Notes: generated by a model not told the origin, from the sequence alone. Shown: positions 28,423 to 38,892, counted from the first letter of the stretch. The stretch: 64,000 nucleotides of DNA from Bacillales bacterium UBA6120 (GCA_002422535.1 DIVY01000024.1:20904-84903), one strand, 5' to 3'. Numbers and translations are program-made.

Positions 28423-29675
28423 TTTTATCAAGAGGACAAATTCTACCTAATAAGGAACAAGAAAGTATCATTAAAAACCTTCCTTATTTTTTATTGGATA
28501 CACTAAAAAAACCCAATCCGATTACGATTGAAAAAGTAATCCAAGCCTGCGACACAATCGCTCAAAAGGTTCTCAAAGGAGACTATAACGATTTTCTAAA
28601 GCCACTATTAGCGCAACTGGATTATTCTGAAGCTGATTTTGGGGCCGCTACCAAGCTTTTCACCAAAGAAGCATTAACCTACAAATGTCAAATCGAACTT
28701 GGAACATTAGAACCTTATAATGGCACGGTGAAGCGGCAACGATATCCTTTAGGGGTTTTATTTCACATCGCGGCCGGAAATGTCGATGGACTTCCCGCTT
28801 ATAGCGTTCTAGAAGGATTATTGGTCGGCAATATCAACCTTTTGAAGCTTCCAGCTGGTGATCAGGGCTTGTCCATTTTCATCCTAAGTGAATTAATCAA
28901 AATCGAACCAGACTTGGCCGAATACATATATGTTTTTGATGTCCCGTCGACCGAACTTGAAAGCCTAAAACAATTAGCGGTCTTGGCGGACGCCGTTGTG
29001 GTTTGGGGTGGTGATGTGGCGGTTCAAGCCGCCAAGGATATGGTCGATATCAAAACTAAAGTAATCGCGTGGGGTCACAAATTATCCTTTGCCTATGCCA
29101 CCCTAGGATCCACCGATGAACAACTGATGGGATTAGCCACCCACATCTGTGAAACCAATCAATTGCTTTGTTCTTCATGCCAAGGTATTTATATCGATAC
29201 TGATAATCGTGACCAGCAAGATCGTTTTGCAAAACGCTTCTTTGATATTTTTAATAACGTAAACAATAACTTTAAACCAGTTCCAAATGAACTGAGGGCG
29301 GGAAACGCCATTCATTTATATAACGAACAATTAGAAGAACACGCCACCAAGAATAAAATATTTATTGGCCAAGGGTGTAGCGTCATTAGTAAAGATGACG
29401 CGGAATTAGAATTATCCTATTTATTTAGAAATGTATGGATTAAACGACTCCCGCGAAATCGAATTATCGACACACTGAAACATCATAAAAGTCATCTTCA
29501 AACGGTGGGTTTATGCGTTGAAGAACACGACAAACTTGCTTTATCAAACGAATTTGCCAAAACGGGTCTTGTCCGCATTTATACTGGTCGCACGATGTCA
29601 AGAACACTTCCTGGAGAGGCTCATGACGGCACCTATCCTTTAAGGGAATATTCGCGAGTGGTTGAAATCGAATAG
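28419..29675 (+). CDS. LuxC-family acyl-CoA (acyl-protein) reductase
   Basis: ..LFHIAAGNVDGLPAYSVLEGLLVGNINLLKLPAGD.. and an ALDH-like C-terminal half. ATGA-type overlap with the LuxE-like gene. Confidence 0.7.
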   Translation: MILSRGQILPNKEQESIIKNLPYFLLDTLKKPNPITIEKVIQACDTIAQKVLKGDYNDFLKPLLAQLDYSEADFGAATKLFTKEALTYKCQIELGTLEPYNGTVKRQRYPLGVLFHIAAGNVDGLPAYSVLEGLLVGNINLLKLPAGDQGLSIFILSELIKIEPDLAEYIYVFDVPSTELESLKQLAVLADAVVVWGGDVAVQAAKDMVDIKTKVIAWGHKLSFAYATLGSTDEQLMGLATHICETNQLLCSSCQGIYIDTDNRDQQDRFAKRFFDIFNNVNNNFKPVPNELRAGNAIHLYNEQLEEHATKNKIFIGQGCSVISKDDAELELSYLFRNVWIKRLPRNRIIDTLKHHKSHLQTVGLCVEEHDKLALSNEFAKTGLVRIYTGRTMSRTLPGEAHDGTYPLREYSRVVEIE

Positions 29676-30455
29676 CGAGTGGCCGCCAATAATAGCCCCC
29701 GTTGATGCACCTCCAGATATTTTCCTCGCAAGGAATTTTTGTCCCGTTTGATAGTAAGAATGACCTTGTTTGTTTCTAGTTAGGTCGTGGAGTGTATCTA
29801 CCTATCTTTTGGACTACAATGAGAACTTGGCCTAAAAATCAGTTTTCCCCGATTGAACCACATTTGATATTCACGATTATAAAATCGTATTCTTCCAAAC
29901 ACTTGATTGTAAAAGAAAACGTAATATTGGGCGCTTGGCGCCTGGATTACTTTGAATGCGAGTCGGTATTTTTCCATCATGGGGCGATAATCCAAATCAA
30001 AATGTCAAAGGCCACAAAAAATAATAAAGTGATACTTCGGTCGCCGCTTCTCTATTTTTGTAATAATTAAAGTATTTATTGATACCAAAAACCATAAAAC
30101 GCTATCTCGTATGGTTACATTTTGTGCTTAGATGACAATTATTACTTAAATGACAATATTTAACAAAAAATCCGCCTTTATATGTTTATATACCAATTCA
30201 TTTTTGCTCCCTTTATAAAGCGTTTGCCGGAAATATTTGCATTAGTGTGCGAAAATCCAAATATCAATCACAAATATTTATCCACACCACAAATAGTTAT
30301 CGTGTGATTATTTGGCTTTAATTACTAAATATTCATGCACCTCATCGATACGCTAGGGGTATTCGTTCGTTAAACTATTTCAATATTTTGACAGGACTTC
30401 ATATTCACTTCACATGCGGATGATAAATTTACATCGTAATAAAAAGGAGAAGATT

Positions 30456-32783
30456 ATGTTACAACTCAAAGACATCAAAAAAAGTTATCAAATGGCGAGC
30501 ACCACCGATCACGCATTAAATGGTGTAAATCTTAGTTTTCCAGACAGTGAATTTGTATCAATATTAGGTCCATCGGGAAGTGGCAAAACGACTTTGCTCA
30601 ACATCATCGGAGGACTTGATCGCTACACCGAGGGTGATTTGCTAATCGATGGTAAATCGACGATGGAATTCTCAGAAAGTGATTGGGATGCCTATCGAAA
30701 CACAACGATTGGCTTTATATTTCAAAACTATAATTTAATTTCGCATTTAACCATATTAGACAATGTTGAAATGGCTTTAAGGCTTTCAGGCATTTCCGCT
30801 CAAGAACGGCGGGCTCGTTCGAAAAAAGTATTGATTGATGTTGGCTTGGCCGACCATCTCCATAAACGCCCTAATCAACTATCGGGCGGGCAGATGCAAC
30901 GCGTGGCCATCGCTCGAGCGATGGTTAACAATCCCAAAATCTTACTAGCGGACGAACCGACGGGGGCGCTCGATAGCAAAACCAGTTGGCAAATCATTCA
31001 GTTGGTCAAGGAAATCAGCAAGGATCGTCTCGTGATTATGGTGACCCATAATGCCGATATCGCCGAAAAATTTAGTGATCGTATCGTGAAATTATTAGAC
31101 GGCCAAGTTATTGAAGACACACGTCCGGTGATACCAGCCGCACCGGAAAAAAAGACCCGACTATTGACTAAAAAAACATCAATGTCGTATGCAACGGCAT
31201 TGGATACTAGTTTCAAAAATCTTCTAACCAAAAAAGGACGGACGTTGATTACCGCGATTGCCGGTAGCATTGGCATCATCGGCATCGCATTGGTGCTAGC
31301 GCTTTCGACGGGGATGACCGATTATGTGAACACGATGCAAAGCGACACCTTAGCCGGTTTTCCAGTTACTATTAATAGCACAATCGATACTGATTTTATG
31401 TCCCAACGACCAGGAATCGTCGATGAATTGACAAGTCAGCCCCAAAGCAATGTTGAATATCCGGAGGGAACCACAATTTATTCCTATGATTCCGCCGCCA
31501 ACACTACGCGTCACACAAATATAATTGACGAGGATTTTCTTGCTTATTTAGATGATATGGATACTTCCTATATCAATTCAATTACCTACACGCGTGCGGT
31601 GTCGATGAATCTTGTTGCCGAAACGAGTGCCGGTGGCTACATCAAAGTCGTAACTGGCACTGCGGGAGTCAATCCATTTTTTGGCGGCAGTTCTATATTT
31701 AGTGAAATGCCAGACAATCCTGACTTTATCGATTCGCAGTATGAATTATTAGATGGTGTCTACCCAACAACTTATAGTGAATTATTACTTGTTGTCGACA
31801 AAAGCAATCGCATCGATGTTTCAATTCTTGATGCCTTGGGCATTGGTATAACTGAAGCTTACTCTTTCTCCGATTTTTTGGGGAAATCATTTAAAATTAT
31901 TCCCAATGACCAATTCTACGAAGCCGCAGATACCATGTATATTCAAGGTACCGATTACGAGGCCATGTACAATGACGTTCATTCGATTGAAGTTTCAATC
32001 GCGGGAATTATGCGTGTCAGCCCAGACGCTTCGAGCGAACTTCTTTCAAATGGGCTGAATTATACGACGTTGTTAACGGATCATGTTCTTTCGATCGCGG
32101 CGACTTCGCAAATCGTGATGGCCCAGATGGCTAGCCCTACGATAAATGTTTTAACGGGGACCGCCTTTAATAATCAAATAACATATCAAGGCGTGATGCG
32201 CGCTATCGGTGGCGATTCTACTCCCACGGGAGTGCAAATCTATCCAGTATCATTCGATTCCAAAGATCAAATAAAAGCCTATCTTGATGCTTTTAATGTT
32301 GATAAAGACGATGTTGATAAAATTGTTTATACGGACCTGGCCGAGACTATCTCGACGACAATTGCCAATTTGATTAATACGATTACAATCATTTTAGCGG
32401 CGTTTGCCGGCATTTCCTTGCTAGTTTCTTCCATCATGATCGGGATTATTACTTATGTCTCCGTGGTTGAACGAACAAAAGAAATCGGGATTATGCGAAG
32501 TCTTGGCGCTCGCAAAAAAGATATTGCCCGTATTTTTAATGCAGAGACGATTTTAATTGGATTCGGTTCCGGATTATTGGGCATTGGCCTTGCTGCGTTA
32601 CTAACGATTCCCGTCAATCTTGTGATTGAAAAATTTATTGGCGTGGCTGATTTTTCCATCCTTAATATTCAAACTGGGGTTGGTTTAATTGTTTTAAGTA
32701 CGCTTTTGACATTGATTGCGGGGTTATTCCCAAGCAGCATTGCTTCTAAGAAAGATCCGGTCATCGCTTTAAGAACCGAGTAG
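30456..32783 (+). CDS. Fused ABC transporter ATP-binding/permease protein, MacB/FtsX type (paralogue of 4010..6544)
   Basis: Walker [26 protein letters not shown]; C-terminal FtsX domain ..[19 protein letters not shown]... AAGGAG lies before ATG 30456. Confidence 0.85.
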   Translation: MLQLKDIKKSYQMASTTDHALNGVNLSFPDSEFVSILGPSGSGKTTLLNIIGGLDRYTEGDLLIDGKSTMEFSESDWDAYRNTTIGFIFQNYNLISHLTILDNVEMALRLSGISAQERRARSKKVLIDVGLADHLHKRPNQLSGGQMQRVAIARAMVNNPKILLADEPTGALDSKTSWQIIQLVKEISKDRLVIMVTHNADIAEKFSDRIVKLLDGQVIEDTRPVIPAAPEKKTRLLTKKTSMSYATALDTSFKNLLTKKGRTLITAIAGSIGIIGIALVLALSTGMTDYVNTMQSDTLAGFPVTINSTIDTDFMSQRPGIVDELTSQPQSNVEYPEGTTIYSYDSAANTTRHTNIIDEDFLAYLDDMDTSYINSITYTRAVSMNLVAETSAGGYIKVVTGTAGVNPFFGGSSIFSEMPDNPDFIDSQYELLDGVYPTTYSELLLVVDKSNRIDVSILDALGIGITEAYSFSDFLGKSFKIIPNDQFYEAADTMYIQGTDYEAMYNDVHSIEVSIAGIMRVSPDASSELLSNGLNYTTLLTDHVLSIAATSQIVMAQMASPTINVLTGTAFNNQITYQGVMRAIGGDSTPTGVQIYPVSFDSKDQIKAYLDAFNVDKDDVDKIVYTDLAETISTTIANLINTITIILAAFAGISLLVSSIMIGIITYVSVVERTKEIGIMRSLGARKKDIARIFNAETILIGFGSGLLGIGLAALLTIPVNLVIEKFIGVADFSILNIQTGVGLIVLSTLLTLIAGLFPSSIASKKDPVIALRTE

Positions 32784-32831
32784 TTTCTTCTTGGCGTGCT
32801 ATGATTTATTTAAAGTAAGAAGGGAGCGCTC

Positions 32832-33500
32832 ATGCTAAAAATCTTAGTGGCCGAAGACGACATCCACTTACGAAAACTCATTGTTACGTATTTATTGAAA
32901 AATGGATATCAAATTGCTGAAGCGAGCCATGGCGAAGAAGCTTTCCAATACTTCTTGAATCATCATGTCGACGTTCTCATTACCGATGTAATGATGCCAA
33001 TCATGGACGGGAATACGCTAGTAAAAAAAATCCGGTCGATGAACCGCGATTTACCAATCATGATGTTAACTGCGCTCGAACGATATGCTGATAAGGAAAA
33101 AGGTTTTCTTAGTGGCGTCGATGATTATATGGTCAAGCCAGTCGACATGCAAGAAATGCTCCTTCGCATCAAAGCACTGGCGCGCCGCTATCAGCTCGTG
33201 GTGGCGAATAAAATCGAATTGCCGACCTTGCTTCTCGATGCGAATTCTGGAACGTGTTTATTGAACCAAACGTCTGTTTCTTTGACGAGTAAAGAATTTC
33301 GCCTATTATTTAAACTATTATCGACACCAAATAAAATATTTACACGCGAGCAACTCATGAATGAAATTTGGGGGTTTGACTCCGAGAGTTATGACCGAAC
33401 CGTTGACACGCACATTAAACGGATTCGCGATTTAGTTCCGTGCGACGATTATGAAATTATCACGGTTCGGCGGCTTGGATATAAGGCGGTATTAAAATGA
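32832..33500 (+). CDS. OmpR-family response regulator
   Basis: Receiver domain (..LITDVMMPIMDG..) and winged-helix output domain (..LTSKEFRLLFKLL..RTVDTHIKRIR..). Confidence 0.9.
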   Translation: MLKILVAEDDIHLRKLIVTYLLKNGYQIAEASHGEEAFQYFLNHHVDVLITDVMMPIMDGNTLVKKIRSMNRDLPIMMLTALERYADKEKGFLSGVDDYMVKPVDMQEMLLRIKALARRYQLVVANKIELPTLLLDANSGTCLLNQTSVSLTSKEFRLLFKLLSTPNKIFTREQLMNEIWGFDSESYDRTVDTHIKRIRDLVPCDDYEIITVRRLGYKAVLK

Positions 33501-34501
33501 AAAAGCTTTCTGTGAAAATTCTAATTGCATTATTCGTTTCATTTTTTGTTGTCATCATGATTCCGCGTCTGATTGTTTCGCGAACAAATTTTCCTTCTCA
33601 AGATATTTTAGAATCTCCGGTTTTTTTCTTTGGGATGTTTCTTACGGCCGGATTAGCGCTTTTGCTGTTTGGCCTAGCCATGAATATCATGGTCGTGCGG
33701 CGCGTTAAAAAATTAAGCGAGGCGACCACCAAAGTATCGCAAGGTGATTTCAATGAGCAAATCTCAACCCGTGGTCACGACGAACTATCAAAACTCACCG
33801 ATAATTTTAATATCATGGTTCGAGAATTGAAACAAAACGAGTACTTAAGTAAGGAATTTGCCCAAAATTTTTCCCATGAATTGAAAACACCAATCAGTGC
33901 TATAAAAGGGTATGCCGAATTAATTTCAGACGGCAATCTATCTAAAGAAGAGATTGAAAATTATTCCGGCATCATCGTTTTGGAAGCAATCCGTTTAGCC
34001 AACTTATCAAAGAGTATGTTGCAATTATCATATTTGGATAGTACGACGATTGTCAAACGCGAGGATACCTACAATATGGCGGAGCAAATCCGTGAAATTC
34101 TTCAAACGTTACAACCCCAGTGGGAAGCTAAGAATATCGCGCTTAATCTAGTACTCGCTGATGGCAATATCATTTCAAACAAAGAATTAACATACCAGAT
34201 TTGGATGAATTTAATCGATAATGCAATTAAGTACACCCCAGTCAATGGCAGTGTTGATATCTTATTGGAAAAAAGAGAAGCGGCGATTCATTTTGAAATT
34301 ACTAATGATGGTCAAGGCATTGCGGTGCCAGACCAAGACAAAATATTTCATCTCTTTTTCATTGGTCACCCTAATCTGGACAACAAAAGCAGTGGGGTAG
34401 GTTTGGCTTTAACAAAACGCATGGTGGAAAAAATGGGCGGAACAATTTCTTTTAATAGCGTTCCAAACCTAAAAACAACCTTTATGGTTGATCTTAGATA
34501 A
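33497..34501 (+). CDS. Sensor histidine kinase (HAMP, HisKA, HATPase)
   Basis: Two TM segments, H-box FSHELKTPISAIKGY, N-box NLIDNAIKYT, G-box GVGLAL. Overlaps the response-regulator stop. Confidence 0.9.
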   Translation: MKKLSVKILIALFVSFFVVIMIPRLIVSRTNFPSQDILESPVFFFGMFLTAGLALLLFGLAMNIMVVRRVKKLSEATTKVSQGDFNEQISTRGHDELSKLTDNFNIMVRELKQNEYLSKEFAQNFSHELKTPISAIKGYAELISDGNLSKEEIENYSGIIVLEAIRLANLSKSMLQLSYLDSTTIVKREDTYNMAEQIREILQTLQPQWEAKNIALNLVLADGNIISNKELTYQIWMNLIDNAIKYTPVNGSVDILLEKREAAIHFEITNDGQGIAVPDQDKIFHLFFIGHPNLDNKSSGVGLALTKRMVEKMGGTISFNSVPNLKTTFMVDLR

Positions 34502-34539
34502 AGATATAATCTCCCGAAACAAGCACTCTAATTGTTGGT

Positions 34540-34878
34540 ATGAGTCGTATTTGCTATCTTCATCTTGAAATAAGTACCCGCCCAGAACCATTCAATCAGG
34601 ATCTTTCCAAATATGATTTTGTATTCGTGGGTTCGCCCATCTGGTCCTGGACACACGCCACGGAGATACGCACATTGTTTGAAAAAGTCCATCTCATTGG
34701 TAAAAAGGTTTATTTCATCACCACTTCCAAAGGGAGCAATCGCGGCGTCAAAGCCAAAGCTAAGCAACGGGGGACCAGGAAAAATCAATGGATGGGATAT
34801 CACGATTTTCTAAACGTTATCAAAAACAAGAATGCGCAGATTGAAGACACACGAGTGTGGCTCAAATGGTGGCAATGA
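34540..34878 (+). pseudogene. Probable N-terminally truncated flavodoxin-family gene fragment
   Basis: ..DLSKYDFVFVGSPIWSWTHATEIRTLFEKVHLIGKKVYFITTSKGS.. matches the middle of flavodoxin-like proteins. The expected N-terminal 50-60 residues and an RBS are missing, and the C-terminus looks out of register. Confidence 0.35.
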
Positions 34879-35067
34879 TGCGCCTATGAAATTATCGCCA
34901 AGCCCGTGAGTTATTTGAATTAAGTAAGAAAGTTTGTTGATTGTAAACTCATCAATCACCAATGTGTATGACACGGATGCGCGCGAAACAAAGGCATAAT
35001 TGCACAATCAATTTTAAAAACATTGAAAGAGTTGGGCAATAAGACAAGGTCGTATTAAGAGGTTGAT

Positions 35068-35328
35068 ATGTCCGTCTTACAAGGTGTTTTGGCAGAAGAA
35101 AGTAAACGTTTGGAAAAGAACATTTCTCACTGTTGAGAAATGCTTTCCAAGTTACCCAAAGGAACGATTTTCATCAGAAGAATGGGAAACGCATATTTTG
35201 TCGATCGGTGGAGAAAAGAAAAAGGAAAAGTGATTTCCGAATATTTTGGTAGAAAAGAAGACGCTTCGGTTGCAAAGCAAATTGATTGGAGCAACGAATA
35301 TAAACGCATCAAAACAATCTTTATTTAG
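35068..35328 (+). pseudogene. Small conserved-looking ORF interrupted by one in-frame TGA
   Basis: ATG 35068 gives MSVLQGVLAEESKRLEKNISHC, then TGA at 35134-35136, then EMLSKLPKGTIFIRRMGNAYFVDRWRKEKGKVISEYFG.. in the same frame. Confidence 0.4.
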
Positions 35329-35503
35329 CAAACAAAGAATTAATAAAGCTAAAAAGGGCATCCAAATCCTATGATGGAAAATGAATTCCAATTACGTAGC
35401 ATATTAAAAACACTTGATGATTAAAAAATCTTTTTCAACTCCACAAAAATTAGTTTTATCTTCCGCATAGTATAATTTTTAATTAGGGTAAGGGGGAAAC
35501 GAT

Positions 35504-36190
35504 ATGAGCAATACAATTAGATTAACGCGCATGTCCCGTTCATCTTGGTTCAAGATTGAATATCAAGATTTGATCATCCACATCGATCCTGGCTATGGCG
35601 GGCTTTATCGAAATGAAGGGATCCCACAAAATGAATTAAACAGACATGCGGATATCGTACTTATCACACACGGTCATCAAGATCATGTGCGTCTTGAAAT
35701 GCTGGATTTAATCGCTGATAAAAACACGATTATCTACGCTCCTGCGGAAGCGCTTGATGAAACGGCTTACCATCATAAAGGAGTTGTGGCAGGAGACATC
35801 GTAGAAGTACAAGGCATTTCCATTCAAGTCATGCCCGCTTATAACACACCTGAAGGCCACTCTACGAAAAAGTTTCATCCACCAGGTCTGGGAGTCGCTT
35901 ACATTATTGAGATTGCCGGGAAACGCATTTACCATGCCGGGGATACCGATATTATTAAAGAAATGGAAACGGCCAATCATGTTGATATTGCCATGCTTCC
36001 TGTCGGAGGTACTTATACGATGGATTTAGGCGAAGCAATTGAAGCGGTTAAACTGATTCGTCCCCAACTTTTGATTCCAATGCACGAACGTGAAGTTTCA
36101 TTATCAAAAATAATAAGCGCACTCGATGAAGCACACGTGATTTGCTATGCGATTTTAGAAGTTGGGGCATCGCATATAATAAGTAAGTGA
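35504..36190 (+). CDS. MBL-fold metallo-hydrolase
   Basis: HGHQDH metal motif (..ITHGHQDHV..); 228 aa; GGGGGA lies upstream. Confidence 0.8.
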   Translation: MSNTIRLTRMSRSSWFKIEYQDLIIHIDPGYGGLYRNEGIPQNELNRHADIVLITHGHQDHVRLEMLDLIADKNTIIYAPAEALDETAYHHKGVVAGDIVEVQGISIQVMPAYNTPEGHSTKKFHPPGLGVAYIIEIAGKRIYHAGDTDIIKEMETANHVDIAMLPVGGTYTMDLGEAIEAVKLIRPQLLIPMHEREVSLSKIISALDEAHVICYAILEVGASHIISK

Positions 36191-36223
36191 CGAGATTAGG
36201 TTTTAAGAAATAGAAAGGTTATT

Positions 36224-37642
36224 ATGCATACAATTTATTTATTTCTTGATGACCGCCGCTTAAACGTTAGGAAAAATGTTTTGCGCGTAACCCATCAAGC
36301 TAAAAAGATTCAAAAAGAGTTGTATGTTGATCCCGCCACAAGTTTAGTCAATTTGGCTTGGGGTTATCCTTTCGTGTTTTTCCATCCAGGTTTAGATAAA
36401 ACCATCATGCTATATCAAGGATGGAGCATTGATCGAAATATTATTACAAATACGCTATCGTTAGCCGCTTATAGCGATGACGGCTTGAACTTTGCTCCTT
36501 TTGACATGAGCGGAAACGATATTGGCGAGAAACGAATTCTTGCTAACCAAGTGTTGCCATATCGTCTAAACGACTTTATTTTTGCCGAAGGACAATTCTT
36601 TTATTTGCCTAATTTGACGGGAGAACGTAAATTTTTGGCATTATGCATTTACAAAGGACAGCAAAACGTATTTAAAGCCTATGTTTTCACTTCTCGCGAT
36701 GGGCTAAGTTATCGACACGAACAAGAAGTTCTCTGGCACGATGGCAACGATGCCCCCGACTATCCACTTTCTGTCGTTTATGATTCAAAAAATTGTGAAT
36801 ATTTGCTTTATCGAAGACCGCGTCACACCGATAGAAGAATTGCCGTGTCGCATACCAAGGATTTTCGAACTTTTTCGGAGCCGCAATTGATACTTCAAAG
36901 CGATGCACTTGATCGGCCGATGACTGATTTTTATGGACTCACCGCATTTAATTATGCTGACTATGTAATTGGCTTATTAATGGTTTACGAAACTCCTAAT
37001 TATCTTGTCAAAGATGGTAAAAGAGTGTCTGGCCTTCCGGGTCATAAATTCGATGGGGGACCAGTCATTCCTCAACTAGCATATTCTTCCGATGGAAATC
37101 ATTTTCTACGAGGCGAGAGGAAATCCATTATTGATAATGAACAGTATCCTTGCGTCTACCCTACATGTGTCACCACCATTAATAATTCAATCCGAGTATA
37201 TGCTTCGGTCACTAGCGAAGAACATGGTCGCGTGGCTCCAGGCAAAGGGGGAATCGCCATTTATGAATGGCGAAAAGATGGTTTTGTTAGTCTTCATTTT
37301 TCCATTGAAGGCGGGTTGGTAATTACGCGACAATTCATTTATCGAGGCGGTCCGCTTCTATTTAATATTGATGTAATCGAGGGAAGTGTCAGAATACAAA
37401 TTGGCGATGATGATAACAAGCCGCTGAATGGTTTTTCCTTTGACGATTGTGCAGCCTTCACGGGAAACGAACTAACACATGAATTTTCTTTTAACAAATG
37501 CCATGTTAATGATTTGAAAGGACAAGTCCTCGTTATTAGCGTGATGGCCCACAATACAGACTTATTCTCGATAAGTGGCGATATTGAATGGTTGACACCA
37601 TATCAGGCGATGATTATTAGGCAAGAAAAAACGCCGTTATGA
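36224..37642 (+). CDS. Hypothetical cytoplasmic protein, possibly a beta-propeller glycosidase-like fold
   Basis: 472 aa with recurring blade-like S-x-D-G-x-x-F/Y segments (AYSDDGLNF, TSRDGLSY, AYSSDGNHF). No catalytic motif recognised. Confidence 0.4.
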   Translation: MHTIYLFLDDRRLNVRKNVLRVTHQAKKIQKELYVDPATSLVNLAWGYPFVFFHPGLDKTIMLYQGWSIDRNIITNTLSLAAYSDDGLNFAPFDMSGNDIGEKRILANQVLPYRLNDFIFAEGQFFYLPNLTGERKFLALCIYKGQQNVFKAYVFTSRDGLSYRHEQEVLWHDGNDAPDYPLSVVYDSKNCEYLLYRRPRHTDRRIAVSHTKDFRTFSEPQLILQSDALDRPMTDFYGLTAFNYADYVIGLLMVYETPNYLVKDGKRVSGLPGHKFDGGPVIPQLAYSSDGNHFLRGERKSIIDNEQYPCVYPTCVTTINNSIRVYASVTSEEHGRVAPGKGGIAIYEWRKDGFVSLHFSIEGGLVITRQFIYRGGPLLFNIDVIEGSVRIQIGDDDNKPLNGFSFDDCAAFTGNELTHEFSFNKCHVNDLKGQVLVISVMAHNTDLFSISGDIEWLTPYQAMIIRQEKTPL

Positions 37643-37653
37643 ACGGCGTTTTA
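37626..37653. terminator. Bidirectional terminator between convergent genes
   Basis: aaaaa-acgccgtt-atg-aacggcgt-ttt; overlaps the stop at 37640-37642. Confidence 0.7.
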
Positions 37654-37673
37654 CTTAACTAATTCATTTTCGA

Positions 37674-38840
37674 TCAACTAATTGTGAATGAAGAGCACTT
37701 GAAGTAGTCAGCTTGTACAAAAGTACCCGATGAAACACCCATAGGTACGTTAGCATTCGTGTCTAGCAAACTTTTACTTAATCCGCCAACCTCAATTACT
37801 TTTACTCCGTTGACATATACTTTTCCAATTGATGCCGCTCCTGATTGATCAAGGAATGTCTGGATTTTCACTATGTAATCTACTTCAGGAACAATGGTTA
37901 AACTTCCGTCAGTGATTAATCCGCCCAAAGAAGTGTTATTATGCTGTGCTACAAGCGCAGCTCCTGCATAAATCTGCACTCCTTGCCATCCGGCCGGAGT
38001 GTTCTTTGCGCGGAACTGGATATCATAATATCCACTATAGGAAATTCTTATAACGAATACGGCCGTATCCACCGTAGAAGCATCAAATCTAATTATTGCT
38101 TCAATTTCATATTGAGAAGTCATGTGTTTGTCATATCCGTTTCCCACGAAAGTCCAGGACGGCGCGGGAGCCGGCGTATTGTAGTCATCGTTGCCGAAAG
38201 TGCTGGCGTATCCTAGATTTGTTAAGACAAATCCATCGCCTTCACTTGGAGAACCAATCGCCAGTGTTCCGGCGCTTTCTGAAGGAAATTGATTATTCCA
38301 AATGCTTGAGTAATTATATGCTAATTCGCTACAGGCAAAAGTAATGGTCAAACTGGTTAATTGCGTGGTCGTCGTGGCTTTTATTTTGAAAAAATAGGGC
38401 GATAACGGAGTTGTTTTGTCGACTCCACTTGTTAATCCATACGAATCCGAATTTAGATTGGCACTATCGCCGACATATAAAGATAGAGTCCCCGTGAAAA
38501 CTGCGTATGTTTTTATAATTGAAGTAATACGAGTGTCTCCGTCATTATAAATATAACCTCCAGAAGCTAACTCGGTATGGTATCCAGAAACGTCTAATGC
38601 TTGATAATAATTAAACAAGATGCTTCCATTTCCATAAGTTTCCGTACCATTATCATAGGAAAGGGTCGAGATTGTGGCGGGAGTGGAATTACTAAGGGTA
38701 ATCGTATGTTGAATCGGATCGCCCGCTATTGGTTTTAGGCCAGGCTTTTCGTAAAAAGCTAGGCCACCAAGCACCCCGGCAGAAATAACAAAAGTTAATA
38801 CATTTCTCGTTAAGTGTTTCTTTTTTCCCTTATTATTCAT
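37674..38840 (-). CDS. Membrane-anchored surface protein with a C-terminal jelly-roll/LamG-like domain (paralogue of 53029..53889)
   Basis: N-terminal TM anchor (..NVLTFVISAGVLGGLAFY..). The C-terminal ~190 aa share APAPSWTFV, GYDK, TAVF, GWQGVQ, GGLITDGSL and VKVIE-GGLS with the 53029 protein. Confidence 0.65.
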   Translation of the reverse strand: MNNKGKKKHLTRNVLTFVISAGVLGGLAFYEKPGLKPIAGDPIQHTITLSNSTPATISTLSYDNGTETYGNGSILFNYYQALDVSGYHTELASGGYIYNDGDTRITSIIKTYAVFTGTLSLYVGDSANLNSDSYGLTSGVDKTTPLSPYFFKIKATTTTQLTSLTITFACSELAYNYSSIWNNQFPSESAGTLAIGSPSEGDGFVLTNLGYASTFGNDDYNTPAPAPSWTFVGNGYDKHMTSQYEIEAIIRFDASTVDTAVFVIRISYSGYYDIQFRAKNTPAGWQGVQIYAGAALVAQHNNTSLGGLITDGSLTIVPEVDYIVKIQTFLDQSGAASIGKVYVNGVKVIEVGGLSKSLLDTNANVPMGVSSGTFVQADYFKCSSFTIS

Positions 38841-38878
38841 AACGAAGCAAACACTAGAAAAATTTAAAAAATTGTCAA

Positions 38879-38892
38879 TGTAAACGTTGTCA
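38879..38892. promoter_or_regulatory. LacI/CcpA-type operator (cre-like palindrome)
   Basis: tgtaaacgttgtca, upstream of the minus-strand gene that starts at 38840. Confidence 0.45.

Noticed and set aside
29792-30070. Plus-strand ORF 29792..30070
   Set aside because: It has no RBS and an odd composition. It lies antisense to the more coding-like remnant on the minus strand within a decayed region.
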